Shown here: positions 27,078-42,202 of the stretch, in pieces | How the letters are laid out: each line of letters begins with the position of its first letter | How positions within the stretch are numbered: position 1 is the first letter of the stretch | Origin: Octopus vulgaris | Lineage: Eukaryota | Length of the DNA: 64,000 nt | Direction: 5' to 3' | NCBI GenBank assembly: GCA_951406725.2 | Contig: OX597822.1 | Coordinates: 43,834,001-43,898,000 of the forward strand | The notes under the pieces: generated by a model | Database searches by the model: none | What the model saw: only the letters and a program-made list of their open reading frames with translations | What the model was told of the DNA's origin: nothing | Program-made: the position numbers and the translations under genes

Positions 27078-27505
27078 TTCGATATTAGCAACGGGAAAAT
27101 TATTCGTTCAAAATAGCTTTCAGTATATCTCGCTTAATGAAGATATACTGCTGAAAAAAAATGCTGAGTAATCGTCTCGTCAAAGCATCTTCTTTAGAAG
27201 TATAGTGATAAAAATCAGCGAATTATGTCAGCAGATGGAAGGAAATTTACTAGCTGCGCCGACAATATAGCTAAATTTCAGACGTCGGATCCTTTTAGCG
27301 TCATTAGTTTTATGTATCTGCTATCACTGCTTAGTCGGACAATTTTAGCCTCCACTGATAGAGAAAACACTGATAAGCTAGGGTTGCATATTAGTGTTGC
27401 AGTCTAAAACTTTCATTATTAGCGGCGGAGGGACTGTTTCTTCAGAAAAGCCGACGTGCTAACGGCTCTGATCTGAGATGCTAACACCATATTGTCTTAG
27501 ATATC

Positions 27506-27596
<91 letters not shown>

Positions 27597-27644
27597 TATC
27601 TACATAACTATCTGTCTGTTTGTCAATCGAGATATATATCATAT

Positions 27645-27862
27645 ATTAAACCGTTAATACCTTCACGTTTTTTCTTTCTCTGCCTTCTTTCTTTATCTTC
27701 TTTTTTTTTCATTCTGTGACCGGTTTTTTTCTCTCTTATTCCTTTTTTCGCAGAGCGTAGGCTCGAAACATCGAAGCCTTTTCTGTTCCTCCCAAGCGTT
27801 AAACTAATACACATGCCTGTTGTTCCTACACTTATCTTCGTCTTTTGTTTTCTGTAGTTTTG
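27645..27862 (+). mobile_element. Diverged family A-related repeat
   Basis: GAGCGTAGGCTCGAAAC followed by the actaatac..tcttcgtcttttgttt tail. Confidence 0.6.
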
Positions 27863-27991
27863 AAGCATATACACACACTCGCGCGCACACACAGACACAC
27901 AGACATATCACACACATGTATGTCTCTCTCTCTCTCCGTGTCTTTCTCTCTCTCTCTCTTTCTTTCTCTCTTCTCTCTCTCTAGATATATA

Positions 27992-28044
<53 letters not shown>

Positions 28045-28244
28045 GTACATACACGTGGGCATGCGCCTAGAATACTATTGTATATTCACAAATTATAGCG
28101 AATAATTTGAATTGTTGATGTAAGCATGATATTCCGGTGATCTCATTAGCTAACTTTTTCTTTCTCTCTCTCTCATATGTATGCACATACATATTTATAT
28201 GCGTAAACACACACATATGTGTATACACACACATATATATATAC

Positions 28245-28293
<49 letters not shown>

Positions 28294-28299
<6 letters not shown>

Positions 28300-28512
28300 A
28301 TCCAAACATGAAAACACAATGAAAACACATGAAAAAACAATGCGAGGACGTGGAACAAATATAGTATTATTGGACGCTCAGTAACGAAGGGAAGAAGAAA
28401 GGTTTTACATTTCGAGCGGAGCTCTTCGTCAGAAACATAGGAAAAGGAAAGATCTAGTGAAGGGAAGACGGAGTAAAAAAAAAATCGCCAACAGTACACA
28501 CGCGGTCACATG
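28294..28512 (-). mobile_element. Family B short repeat with HHR at 28402-28436
   Basis: Minus strand GTTT-CTGACGA-A-GAGC tcc GCTC-GAAA-TG-TA-AAAC; second copy at 39023-39225. Confidence 0.75.
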
Positions 28513-29660
28513 TACGTATAAAGGTATTAAACTAACCAAAGTTATTTTGGTTAGGTCTCCCTGTCCATGATTTACAGTTGAATACTGCAGTGATATACAG
28601 GATCACACCAAGCCAAAAAGTTATGTGTTTAAACGCCTTACTGAGGTTTCAATTTTGAAAGTGTTGCATTTTATAAAAGCAAGACATAGCAATATGACAA
28701 CAAAGCGCAAACAAATATGAAATTAGTTCTTAAACTTAATTTTAGGTTATGTTTTAATTTTACCTTTATCGACGGTTAGAAATTGATCTCCGTGGGTAAC
28801 AGAGATTCGTACGTTTCCGTTCGAATTTGCAGGAACGAGTTGGGAATAAATATGTACTTATTCTTCTGATTTTCGTTCTTTATGAAAATAAAATACCCAT
28901 CACAATTTATTCTACAGCATTTCTCAATGACATAAATGCTTATGACTAATTCATGTCATAATCTTACAGCTTACGCACAATGAATTAGCAAAATACATAT
29001 ATTTCCTTAAATCAGAGACATTATGGTCCAGTAGGAAAAACAGTGATTCCCTAAGGTTTTATGTCGTTAGATGTCTTCAGCATCAATTATTTTATTTTTG
29101 CCAGTATAATCTATTACTCTCTTCTTTCTCTCTATAACCGAAATTTATTGCAGTTTATTAATCGTTAACAATTCATTTATTGGCTTATTTTTCATTAATT
29201 ATCATTCAATTATGTTTAATTACTCCTCACTTCTACAATTATATAGTCTTTTATCTCTTCACAAATTAAATTTCCTTCTATATTTTTTCGTTCTTTTTTC
29301 CTCTTCTTTCTATGGTTTTCCGTGATATCAGTTCTTCCACCTACTTTTGGCAAATTTGAATCGATCGTGGCATTGGGGTTGTAACAACTGAAGAAAATGG
29401 AATCTACGTAACAATTTCTTACGTAAGCATTTGAAACGGACGTATTAAATTCACAGGTAATTTTAGTTATTGACGTTCCGATTGTTCTAATACTATATGA
29501 CTCATGTACATAACTCTCTGCTCTAGGTCAGACTGAATGACGATTATAACGCAAGCTGCGTATATCAGTGGAATGTCGATCTGGCCATCCAGTCTAAAAT
29601 ATCTGATAAAGTGTAGTGAAAGAAGGCATACTGCAATATATATATATATATATATATATA

Positions 29661-30000
29661 AGGCGCGTGGCTCAGTGGTTAGAGCGTCGAGCTTACGATC
29701 GTGAGGTTGTGAGCTCGAATCCCAGACCAGGCTGCGTGTTGTGTTCTTGAGCAAGGCACTTTATTTCACGTTGCTCCAGTTCACTCAACTGTAGAAATGA
29801 GTTGCGACGTCACAGGTGCCAAGCTGTATCGACCTTTGTCTTTCCCTTGGATAACACTGGTGGCGTGGAGAGGGGAGGCTGGTATGCATGGGCGACTGCT
29901 GGTCTTCCATAAACAACCTTGCCCGGACTTGTGTCTAGGAGGGTAACTTTCTAGGTGCAATCCCATGGTCATTCATGACCGAAGGGGGTCTTTACCCTTT
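29661..30000 (+). mobile_element. tRNA-derived SINE with CORE-like box
   Basis: A-box TGGCTCAGTGG, B-box-like GCTCGAATCC, GTGTTCTTGAGCAAGGCACTT; second copy at 50753-51085. Confidence 0.85.
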
Positions 30001-30025
30001 ATACATATGTATATATACACACACA

Positions 30026-30079
<54 letters not shown>

Positions 30080-30116
30080 TATAGTATATGCAAACATACA
30101 TGTATGTATATGTAGA

Positions 30117-30159
<43 letters not shown>

Positions 30160-30325
30160 ACATGCGTATATACATTCAAATATATTTATACATACGTACA
30201 TACACACAATCATGCGTACATACATACATACATACTTACATATATACACAAGTATTCATGCATGGAAAGAAATTTACATGAACTCTACAAATCATTCACA
30301 CTGTTTTAAAAAATTATATATTCAT

Positions 30326-30358
<33 letters not shown>

Positions 30359-30485
30359 CCTACATTTGCATACATATATTTATTTATCTATCTATCTGCG
30401 TGTCTGTCTGTTTATCTGTCTCTCTCTTTCTCACTCTCTCACTCTCTGTCTGTCTGTCTCTCTCTGTCTCTCTCTCTCTCTCTCT

Positions 30486-30529
<44 letters not shown>

Positions 30530-31057
30530 GCAAGCACACACACACGTAATTATATATGTGTACGTATATATTTTCTATTGCACTTTTCGTCACGTACTTT
30601 CCTGTAAAGAAGGTTTACTAAATCTAAAATCTAAATCGAGAAAGTAAATTTAAAGAATGCAAAAAAAAAACTCAAGAAAAAATAAAAACAACAACATAAA
30701 TTCGGTAAAAATTGAATATATATAGATTATGTCCTTAACGAAAGTCAGAATCTTCTGCTTGAATAAAGAAGTGAAGAAAATATTTGGTTTAAATAAATCT
30801 CTTTTTAAATTCCAAACACAATAATTTACCATTCCATTTTTAACTTGCTTATTTATGTTTTTTTAATCAATTCTTAATATTTTCCTTCATTTTTCAATGT
30901 TCAAATATGCATTAAAACACTGCAACTTATTGAATTATTCTTCAACCCTTCTCGTCACGTATGTATGAGTGAATGAATGTATTCATATGTATATATAACT
31001 GTATGTATATGTAGATGTATGTATCCCTATACGAACATATATATGCATGTATGCATG

Positions 31058-31091
<34 letters not shown>

Positions 31092-31250
31092 TGTGTATAT
31101 ATATATATATGTATAAACATATATATGCATAAACACACACATACATATATATATACATGCATATATATATAAATACCAAAATAGGCAGAAAGATATATAT
31201 CTGCTGCTATATGTTTACATGTCTGTATGTATGTATATATGTATGTAAAT

Positions 31251-31313
<63 letters not shown>

Positions 31314-32344
31314 TATATATACGGATACAGATTCAGGTATTTGTTTGTGTGCGTATGTATGTGCGTGTGGAGGGCCGGATTAGATATATATGTGTATATA
31401 AAGTCGTACGTTTTCATAAGTTTGTATATTTTTAAACAGATAAAGCTACATATACACCTATGGACACATTCATACAAATATTAAAGCATGCACACACACA
31501 CACACATACATAAGCATGAATATATATATATATATATGTGTGTGTATGTGTGTGTGTGTGTGCGTGTGTGTGTGTGTGTATCTGTATGTGCAAATTATAT
31601 ATATATTATACATATCATATATATATATGTATATATGTATATATATGTATATATGTATATATATACACACATATATATATATATGTATATTTATACGTAT
31701 GTATCTATACATGTGTGTGTGCATTATGTATGTATGTATGCACATATGTGTGTGTGTAAGTACGTATGTATGTATGTATATATGTATGTATAAATCTACT
31801 TATTACCTCTGTATGATTGTATGATGCGACAATGATGGCTTCTGTTCTGCTGCTACATTGAATCTGTTCTGTATGTATTTGTTTTCCGATATACCGTTGA
31901 CAGTTGTTTTTTTTTAAATTTTGATGTGATTTATATCCACAAAGGCCTTTGTTCCAATGGGAAATGTTTCCTATGGGAAACATTTTTTATCTCCAAACAT
32001 ACACCTCTAAAAATAATGAAACAATTGCTATAGATAATCTGACACGTGCTTAATGAGTCCTACACATATATAAATTTTAATATATTTATGAGTGTATATA
32101 CTTATATATACACTTATGTATATACACTTTTGTTAACGTATTTCCGTTGACATTCTAGCCCCCATGAATGACGCAGCCTCTCAGCTCGACTTCTATGTAT
32201 ACCTAGGTGTATATTTACCACACTTATACACACAAGCGCGCGCATACATATTTACATTTATTGAACTCGGTTCATTAGTCATATAAACTCTTCATTCTAT
32301 CAATGTCCACTGACTATCCCAAAACACGTACATACACATATATG

Positions 32345-32395
<51 letters not shown>

Positions 32396-32399
<4 letters not shown>

Positions 32400-32555
32400 T
32401 CATCATCATCATCATCGTTTAGTGTCCGCTTTCCATGCTCGCATGGGTTGGACGGTTCAACTGGGGTCTGGGAAGCCAGAAGGCTGCACCAGGCCCAGTC
32501 TGATATAGCAATGTTTCTACGGCTGGATGCCGTTCCTAACGCCAACCACTCCATG
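32396..32555 (-). mobile_element. 3' end of a SINE/RTE-type retroposon with (GAT)n tail
   Basis: Minus strand GGTTGGCGTTAGGAACGGCATCCAGCCGTAGAAA..GCATGGAAAGCGGACACTAAACGATGATG. Confidence 0.6.
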
Positions 32556-32599
32556 AGTTTATGTATATATATATATGTATGTATATATATATATATATA

Positions 32600-32862
32600 C
32601 ATAAGAGGGAAAACAAAGGAGGACAGAGAGAGAGAGGAGAAATGGAAGGACAAGAAAATACGTCAACAAGAAACTATGACATTACAACCAGCCAGGAACA
32701 GTCTTCGCTACATTTGCGGTACCTGCCAGAGGGAGTGTTTGTCCAGGATAGGACTACACAGCCACAGCAGGAAATGTATCAGGACATGAAATGTAAAAGC
32801 CGGACTAGACTATTTTATGCGCAACTCCATTGTCTCCCGAGACAAAAAGGATGCCAACAACA
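32600..32862 (+). pseudogene. RTE-clade LINE 3' end
   Basis: C-terminal zinc finger YICGTCQRECLSRIGLHSHSRKC, then hairpin TTGTCTC ccGAGACAA and a CAACAACA tail. Confidence 0.7.
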
Positions 32863-32868
32863 TATATA

Positions 32869-32932
<64 letters not shown>

Positions 32933-32933
<1 letters not shown>

Positions 32934-33137
32934 ACTCTTTTACTTGTTTCAGTCGTTTGACTGTGGCTATACTGGAGCACTACCTTTAGTCGAGCGAATC
33001 GACCCCAGGACTTATTCTTTGTAAGTCTAGTACTTTTTCTATCGGTCTTTTTTTCGCCGATCCGCTAAGTTACGGGGACATAAACACACCACCACTGGTT
33101 GTCAAGCGATGTTGGGGAGACAAACACAGATACACAA

Positions 33138-33140
<3 letters not shown>
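32933..33140 (-). mobile_element. 3' part of the third SINE family
   Basis: Matches 62725-62945 and 35055-35260. Confidence 0.8.
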
Positions 33141-33178
<38 letters not shown>

Positions 33179-34480
33179 CATACATATATATGTATACATA
33201 CACAGGCACGCACCCTCACACACGAACTATTATATACTTGTATATACAGTGTGCGATGGGTAAATTGTCAGCGCTTTATATTTTTAATTCCGCGCATACG
33301 CACTGTTTATTTTTGATTTTGTCGTCTCGACAGTATAGTAGAGTGATCTGGGCACCCCCTGTAAGAAAACTACACCATGACCCTAGTCACTCTACTAGAA
33401 AGTTTGATATGCTATACTGCTTCCGGCATTCGCGCCGGAAGATCCAACACAAATATTTCGGAGTGTTTGGGTGTTAATCTAAAGTCAGTGCAATATGAGG
33501 ACAGTTAAGTTCCAGATTATCTTTGTAATTTAGGCTGGTTATACTCGAGATTGCTCCAATCTAGCCAGCTCCAAGGAAAAACTAAGTTAAGAGCATTAGA
33601 TTCCTTGGAAGAAAGCACGCGAATGTATGGGAAAGCAAGGACGGAAAAGGCTTTATTTCCACACACGCCAGGTTAATTTAATTCGTCCTTACTCCAAAGA
33701 CACCTATTGTTATGTCCTGTTATTTGTATTTGTATAACATTCCCCGTTTTCTTCTGTCCTTGTTTTCGTATACATTCGCTGCGTTCTTCCAAGGAATCTA
33801 AAACACTGGAACTCGATTGAAGAAAGAAAACTCCGAATGACCCGTCCTTATATTCTTTGTATTGTCTAAATGGATGTTTTGCGTTCTTGTCCCATTTTGT
33901 ATATATATATATATACGTATATACATATATGCATATATAAACACATATATACACATATATATGTATACACACATACATGCGCATGCATACACATATATAC
34001 ACATACTCAAGCACCCGGCTGTACATACATAGACCCATGCATATATCTCTCTATCTCTCTTTATATATATATAATATCTAAAAGCATACAAACGCGCACA
34101 TATATCTGCACATATACACACGCTCGAGAATATAGGTACGCACTTACACAAATACGTAGACACATGCATACCTATCCGCACACATATATGTGTATATGTA
34201 TAAACATACAGATCCGCGATCGTACAAGTTTACACACAGAAAAGCAAGTGTCTATTCTTACATACACATATACACACCACATGCAAACACACCCACACAC
34301 ATGAACACAGACATACACACGCAAACACACATACATACAATATTTTGTCTTATACATGTGTCGGTCGAATGAGTGAAACTCAAGGCGGAACCATATGGTT
34401 AGGAAGCAAGCATCTTATCAGACCGACACACCTGCACTTAATATGCACACACACACACACACACATACACGCATACACAC

Positions 34481-34515
<35 letters not shown>

Positions 34516-34551
34516 ATCCAAGTATATATATATGTATATATATATGTATAT

Positions 34552-34644
<93 letters not shown>

Positions 34645-34649
34645 TATAT

Positions 34650-34935
34650 GCTTCTTTATTAGCCACATAGGGCTGCACAGAGACGGGACAAATTACTAGG
34701 TAGAGCTTTTCTTTTGGAGGGAGAAAAAAAAACAGGGTGTAGATTTTCGATCAAAAGGGATTGTAAAAAGGAAAGAAACAAGAAAGAGAAAGAGAAAAGA
34801 AAGGAAAAAAGAGAAAAAAATAGGGATCGTGTATCACAGAAATGTCATGATATAAAGTGTAAAGGGGGAAAGAGACGAGGCTTATACGTGGAAAGGAAAG
34901 CCTACGGAAAAGACCACGGTAAACTCGGTCAATAG
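34650..34935 (-). mobile_element. Putative LINE 3' end (possibly L1/Tx1) sharing its tail with the Nin/Deu-like SINE
   Basis: Minus strand TTTGTCCCGTCTCTGTGCAGCCCTATGTGGCTAATAAAGAA, preceded by a pyrimidine-rich UTR-like segment. Confidence 0.5.
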
Positions 34936-35054
34936 TGTCACATGTTAACACATTTATTTGCAAGTAAGTAACTCTCTGTTTTAAATTTTTCCGGGTTCAT
35001 AGGATCATACTCAGGTGTCTTCAGATAGATATACACTACGTGTATATATGTTCT

Positions 35055-35453
35055 TTTATTCTTTTATTCCTTTACGCGTTTCAGTCATTTGACTGCGACC
35101 ATGCTGGAGCACTGTCTTTAGTTGAAATCGATCCCAGGGCTTATTGTCTGTAAGCCTAGTACTTATTCTATCGGTTACTTTTACCGAGCCGCTAAGTTAC
35201 GGGGAAGTAAACACACCAACATCTGTTGTGAAGTGTTGGTGGGGGTACAAGCGTCGACAAACAACTACTCACCCCCACACATATATATAAGACGGGCTTC
35301 TTTCAGTTTCCCTCTACCAGATCCACTGAGAATGTTCTGGTCGGCCTGGGGCTATAGAAGAAAACACTTGCTCAAGGTGCTACACAGTGGTAGTGAACCG
35401 GAACCATGTGCTTGGTAAGCAAGTTACTTACCACATAGCCACTCCTGCGCCTG
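35055..35453 (-). mobile_element. Full-length tRNA-derived SINE (third family, CORE-like box, LINE-like tail)
   Basis: Minus head AGGCGCAGGAGTGGCTATGTGGTAAG, CACCTTGAGCAAGTG box, tail CCAGCATGGTCGCAGTCAAATGACTGAAAC. Confidence 0.85.
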
Positions 35454-35815
35454 AAAAAATTAAGGTCTCACAGATACACACACACACACATACACACACA
35501 TTTCATATACTGTTGCATATACACTTTTTATTATATTGTATCGTTCATGGATGACTCATAAAAATGACAAATTCTTGTTATAATCATGGTGAGAATGGGT
35601 ATCTCTATCTATTTAACACCTGTGCTATTAATTCCCTTTGCATATTAGCGACTAAAGAGTCATGGCTGCTTGGTTACGAAGCACACCTTGCAACCACATC
35701 GTTCCGGGTTCAGTTCTCCTACTCGGCACTTCCGGCAAGTGTCTAATACTGTTTTAGCGGTGGACTAACGCCTTGTGAATGAATTTGTTTGACGGAAACT
35801 GTGGAACTTTGACGC

Positions 35816-35884
<69 letters not shown>

Positions 35885-36091
35885 ATTGTGTATATATATA
35901 TTTATTTATTTTTTTGAAAGTCAACAAAGCTTGCTTTAGAAGCGTTGAGATGTATTTAAAGGTACAGATACGGAAATGATTCTATTCTCAAATGCAGGAT
36001 AGTGTAAATAATATATCAGTTTAGTTTAATGGTAAAGCACATGATGTGTAATCACAGGGATGTGAGTTCGAGTGTATATATATATGTAAAT

Positions 36092-36139
<48 letters not shown>

Positions 36140-36142
<3 letters not shown>

Positions 36143-36864
36143 TTATAAAATGAGATAGGGGTTGAAAATTCAACCCACCATGGGATAATATATATCCAAT
36201 ATACTGCTAGATAGGTACCCAACAAAATTAATACATAGATGTTAAAAATTGTCAAGCAATCAGTTCATCCATTGTATTAAATGGGTAAAGGTAATAATAT
36301 TACCGTAAATTAATACTACAAAATTAGAGAATGGAGAAACATACTTAAATCAGTAAAACATCAACTATCCGATGATACTCAATCCATACTTTAATACACC
36401 ATTACATATGAGTAAAGGCAATATATAAAATGAAATGAGATATACAGTAATAGTAAAAGTAAAAAGATAAAGAGATATAAGTAAAAAATTTCAAATATAA
36501 TATGCAAATAAATCAAAACTGACAGCTGTTTCGGCAGTGAGGACAGTCATACCTCATTTAACCTATAAGCCATAAAGGCAGGTATAAATGAGGCATTAAC
36601 AAGGATGCCCCACGGCCTCTTCAGAGAATTAAATTAAATTTGTTATAATAGTGAAAAATATTATATAATCATATACATATAAATATAAAAATATAAAAAT
36701 GTAAAATATAAAAACTTATACATCATAATGCTACACTTATATAATATAATACACATTTGTACAAAAAGGAAGGTAAACAGAACAAAATAAAACAAAATAT
36801 ATAACAGTGTATATATTAATATTAATAAGTACCGATATTATACATATTTGGCTAATAGTTTTTT

Positions 36865-36901
<37 letters not shown>

Positions 36902-36987
36902 TAACACATATGGAGATGAAAAATAATAATTAAATCCGTGGTACAGTTCATAAAATTCTAAAGCTATAAAAGTTAATAAAAATTACT

Positions 36988-37031
<44 letters not shown>

Positions 37032-37148
37032 TAATAATAATAAAAAATACTAAAAATAGATACAGTTAAGTTAGCACCAAGTCCATCCTTTCAAGATCGA
37101 ATAGTTGATGTTTTACTGATTTAAGTATGTTTCTCCATTCTCTAATTT

Positions 37149-37152
<4 letters not shown>
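36140..37152 (-). mobile_element. PLE-like 3' end (family D) with HHR at 36519-36626 and a short inverted arm
   Basis: Minus strand CT-CTGAAGA-GGC..(~80 nt)..GCC-GAAA-CAGCTG-TC-AG; inverted repeat 36317-36373 / 37097-37152; both ends on (TA)n. Confidence 0.65.
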
Positions 37153-37182
<30 letters not shown>

Positions 37183-37183
<1 letters not shown>

Positions 37184-37322
37184 AGAATTTACAAAAGAGC
37201 AAAAGAGCAAAAGATGAAGACTGGTGTGTAAACAACAGACAATTGTATTAGTTTAACACTCGGGGAAGTGAATAAGTCTTTTATGTTTCAAGCCTACGCT
37301 CTTCGACAGAAAGGAACACACA
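37183..37322 (-). mobile_element. Family A repeat (motif 37277-37313)
   Basis: Minus strand CTTT-CTGTCGA-A-GAGC gtag GCTT-GAAA-CA-TA-AAAG. Confidence 0.7.
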
Positions 37323-38101
37323 AGTTTCTAAATGTAGGCGTGTATGTTTTTCTGTTTGTTTTCGTCTCCTCACCATGACTTTCAAACCGCTGTTGCTTTG
37401 TTGACGTCCCCGGAATATAGCAGCTCGGCAAAACTCCCGACAGATTACGCATTATCGGACTTTCTAAACTAGTGTCGACTTGCACCTTAAAAACCATCCA
37501 GGGTGTTACCCCAGCATGGCCGCCATCCAATGTCTGAAACAAGCAACGGTGAAAGGAATGTAAAATAGAAATCAGACATCATCAAACTTTGCCGTGACAC
37601 GGAAATTACGCATGTAATCCGGCATAAGACTGCATTGTATAATGTTTTAAATCGTCATCTCTGGTTTTATTAGTTGTAGCAAAACGCCTTGTAATCTGTC
37701 ATGGGAGAGCGTAACCAATAAGCTATGAATACATCTGTCTCATACTGACGCTCAAAATGTGAACGTCAACGTCCCGTAAAATTAATAGCGGATAACGGAA
37801 AGCTATTGTTCTAAACAAGTCATGTACAAGCTAAAGTGTATGCCCAGCGGAAGTTTCTGTATGGCACGTTTGAAGAAATGTTACTTTGAAACTTTCAAGA
37901 AGGATGCAGCCCTGATGATGTACATTGCCCATACACGTAAAACAAATATGTTGTATTATTAATATATATTTCATATGCACTACATCATTATCTTATAATC
38001 TTAATTTATTTGCATACACACACGCACACACACATAAACGCATACACATACACGCGTATACACACACGCATGCACACGGTCACACACACACACACACAAA
38101 C

Positions 38102-38143
<42 letters not shown>

Positions 38144-38213
38144 TATATATATCTGTATATATATGTATATATATATATATGTATATATGCATGTATATAT
38201 ATATATATATGTT

Positions 38214-38495
<282 letters not shown>

Positions 38496-38498
38496 GAA

Positions 38499-38587
<89 letters not shown>

Positions 38588-38964
38588 CTTACTATCTTCC
38601 GTGCATATCTATCTATCTGTCTGTCTGTCAATTTATCTGTCTGTCTGACTGACTCTCTATCTATCAATCTCTACTTATCTAGCTTCCTGTCTATTATGCT
38701 AGCTGAGACGGTTCACAAACAGACGTACATATACAGATAGCAATAAGCAGATACTTAGACAAAGATATATTCAAAGCAATGTGTGTGTGTGTTTGTGTGT
38801 GTGTGCATATATATATATATACACATATACACGCTCACACCTACGGACACACGCCCACATATAGACACTAAGTAAAAGAACGAGTGAAGAGGTAGGGATA
38901 GATTAATAGACAGATTGATAGCTAAACACATACTCACACACACATTTACACACACACAAACGCC

Positions 38965-38995
<31 letters not shown>

Positions 38996-39022
38996 AATAT
39001 ATATGTATGTATATATATATAA

Positions 39023-39220
39023 ATGTGACCTCGTGAGCACCGCCAGCAATTTTTTTTCCTCTGTCTTCCCTTCTCGGGATCTTTCCTTCTCCTTTGTTTC
39101 CGACGAAGAGCTCCGCTCGAAACGTTAGACTCTCCTTCCCTTCTTCCCTGACCGTCCAATAATACTTTATTTGTTCCACGTCCTCGCGTTGCTGTGTTTT
39201 TTGTGTTTTCTTGTTTGGAT

Positions 39221-39225
<5 letters not shown>
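39023..39225 (+). mobile_element. Family B repeat with HHR at 39096-39130
   Basis: GTTT-CCGACGA-A-GAGC tcc GCTC-GAAA-CG-TT-AGAC; between TA tracts. Confidence 0.75.
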
Positions 39226-39261
<36 letters not shown>

Positions 39262-39288
39262 GTATACAGATGTATTTCCCGCTATCAG

Positions 39289-39367
<79 letters not shown>

Positions 39368-39368
39368 G

Positions 39369-39401
<33 letters not shown>

Positions 39402-39487
39402 ATGTCTCTCTGTCTATTAATCTCTTTCTCTCTTTCTCTCTTTGTATACACACTACTCACTCCCTCTCTCTCTCTATCTATCTATCT

Positions 39488-39523
<36 letters not shown>

Positions 39524-39577
39524 CTGCCTGTCAGTCTCTTTCTCTCTCTCACCTTCTCTCTATGTACACACACACAT

Positions 39578-39610
<33 letters not shown>

Positions 39611-40156
39611 CGTACATCCATACATGCATGCATACATTCATACATATATATAAGTAATTATATGTAAAATTATATACGTGCAGAATTTTTCTATTACCTT
39701 ATTTATGTATGTCTTAATCTGAATTTTCAATGAAACACAATGTCAATAGAAAATCGTAACGAATACAATGTAATAACATCAGCAGAACGCTAGAGTGAGG
39801 GGAAAAAATACTGCTTTAAACAAAGAGAGAATTAAGTAAGTAAGAAAACAATATAGTGGACAGGAAATTCCGTAATGGATATAGTTTTCAAATAAGTACA
39901 AAAGGCTAGATTTTAGTTTTGTCATTCAACATTATTTTCATACCCGCAAATAAGAAAGCTTTTACACACAAATATTCAGGGAGAAAAAAAAACATAATGA
40001 CAAAGAAAGATGAAGTAAAAGAAGTTTTGTATGATTCCTGCAAGAAAGTAGCAACAGTATTGTTCGCCGTCTCCTTATTTTGAAGCCGATGGCAGCCATT
40101 GTCATATCAGAGCAGCTTTGCATACATAGTCACATATATACCCAGAAACAACGCAC

Positions 40157-40239
<83 letters not shown>

Positions 40240-40457
40240 TGTATGTATTATATATATATGTTTGTGTGTCTGTGTGAATGTGTTTGTTTTGTAAATTAGT
40301 TCTTAGAAGGACAGAAGCTTATATATAAACACACAATGCATATGTCTTAAATGTGTATAGACAAATACTTTGATATCTGTACATATGTATAAATCCGTTT
40401 ACGTACGTATATATATATATGTGTGTGTATGTATATATATATATGTATGTATGTATG

Positions 40458-40514
<57 letters not shown>

Positions 40515-41016
40515 GGACACACAAATATAATATATATAAGTGTTCAAGAAAACAAGTGTACTAGAGACGCAGGCAAAAACAACACTCTATCCATCCCCCT
40601 TCTCTCTCCTTCTTTCTCTCTCTCTTTCGCACTCTCTTTATGCATATAGTGTATATTTCTGAGTCTCTATGTGTATATTTATGTTTACATTTATATACAT
40701 TTAGATATATTCGTATAAGCATGTGTGAAAGTTTTATTTATATACATGTAAATTTTGTGTATATATATATATGTCTGTGTGTGTATATATATACATAAAT
40801 ATGCATATATATACATATATATACACACATATATACTCATATAAACAATACATACATATATACATATATATGTACATGCATAAGTGTATATAAAAATAAA
40901 ATACAGAGAACCTGAGAGTGCGAAATAGATACATAGGCAGATAGGCATATAGACGGATAGAAAGATCATTAGATAGATAGATAGATAGGCAGATAGACAG
41001 ATAGACAGATAAACAG

Positions 41017-41104
<88 letters not shown>

Positions 41105-41140
41105 GCAGACAGAGAGATAGACAGACGGATAGACAGTAAA

Positions 41141-41191
<51 letters not shown>

Positions 41192-42019
41192 TATAGATGC
41201 ATGGATATATAGACAGATAAATTGATAAATGCATCGATAGACAGATAAAAGCGAGGGAGGGGGAGAGACAGAGTGAAAGGGAGAGAGAGGGTGAGATGGA
41301 GAGAGAGAGGGGGACACACACATAAATTCAATTTTATATATCTTAGTGAACAAAAGGCGCACACAAAACAATGCTTCATGAAAAGAACACAATCCCTGAA
41401 GAGGCAATAAACTTTCTTAGAATTTATCTCGCTCAACTTACGTAAAAATGTGTAAAGGTCTTCCATTAACGGGATGATGTTTAAGAGATGCAGGAACTCT
41501 CGTATACCATCCTTAAATAGCTTTTCCGTGTAAGAGAATATGTAATCCCAACCATAATCCCGGATATGAAGATCGGTTTATTGATGTGAGCCAAAGAAAA
41601 CGCGAAACATCGTTGAAACGAAGACTGGATTTTGGAGTGATTTAATAAGCATTTTATGGTGTGACAATCAACGATAAATAGCAGAAACGTAAAGAACGAG
41701 TGAATTCATGTGTATAGAAATATAAATATAAACATAAATAAATATACATATACAGACAAACGCACATATGTACATAAGCATATGTATATATGTACGTATA
41801 CCACACTACACATCACATCACAACACACGACCACGCACACATCAGCACTGACCACTTCCCAGACCCACATTTTCACGCTTACTCGTACACACATGCACAC
41901 GTCAAGATCACCAGTCCTCTTCCACACGCACATGCAACTCTCTTATACACACGCACGCGCACCTTCGTTTTAAGATCACCACTACTTCGTTATCTCCCCT
42001 TCTCCCTAGCTCGCCATGA

Positions 42020-42202
42020 TAGATCTCTAGCAACTATACATTTTTTTATTTTCTCTCCTTGTTTCTTTCTGTGTTTCTTTCTGTGGAAGAGCGTAGGCTC
42101 GAAAACGTTAAAGACTTTTTCACTTCCCGAGCGTTATACTAATACATCTATTTGTTGTTTACACCACCTGTCTTCATCTTTCGTTTTTTTTGTGAATTCT
42201 CC

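Noticed and set aside
29661-29735. tRNA gene (TAC anticodon-like loop)
   Set aside because: The acceptor stem does not close and the sequence continues into a repeated SINE body.
37905-37950. CTGATGA followed by a TGTA/TACA stem
   Set aside because: No GAAA after the stem and no helix I; probably chance.
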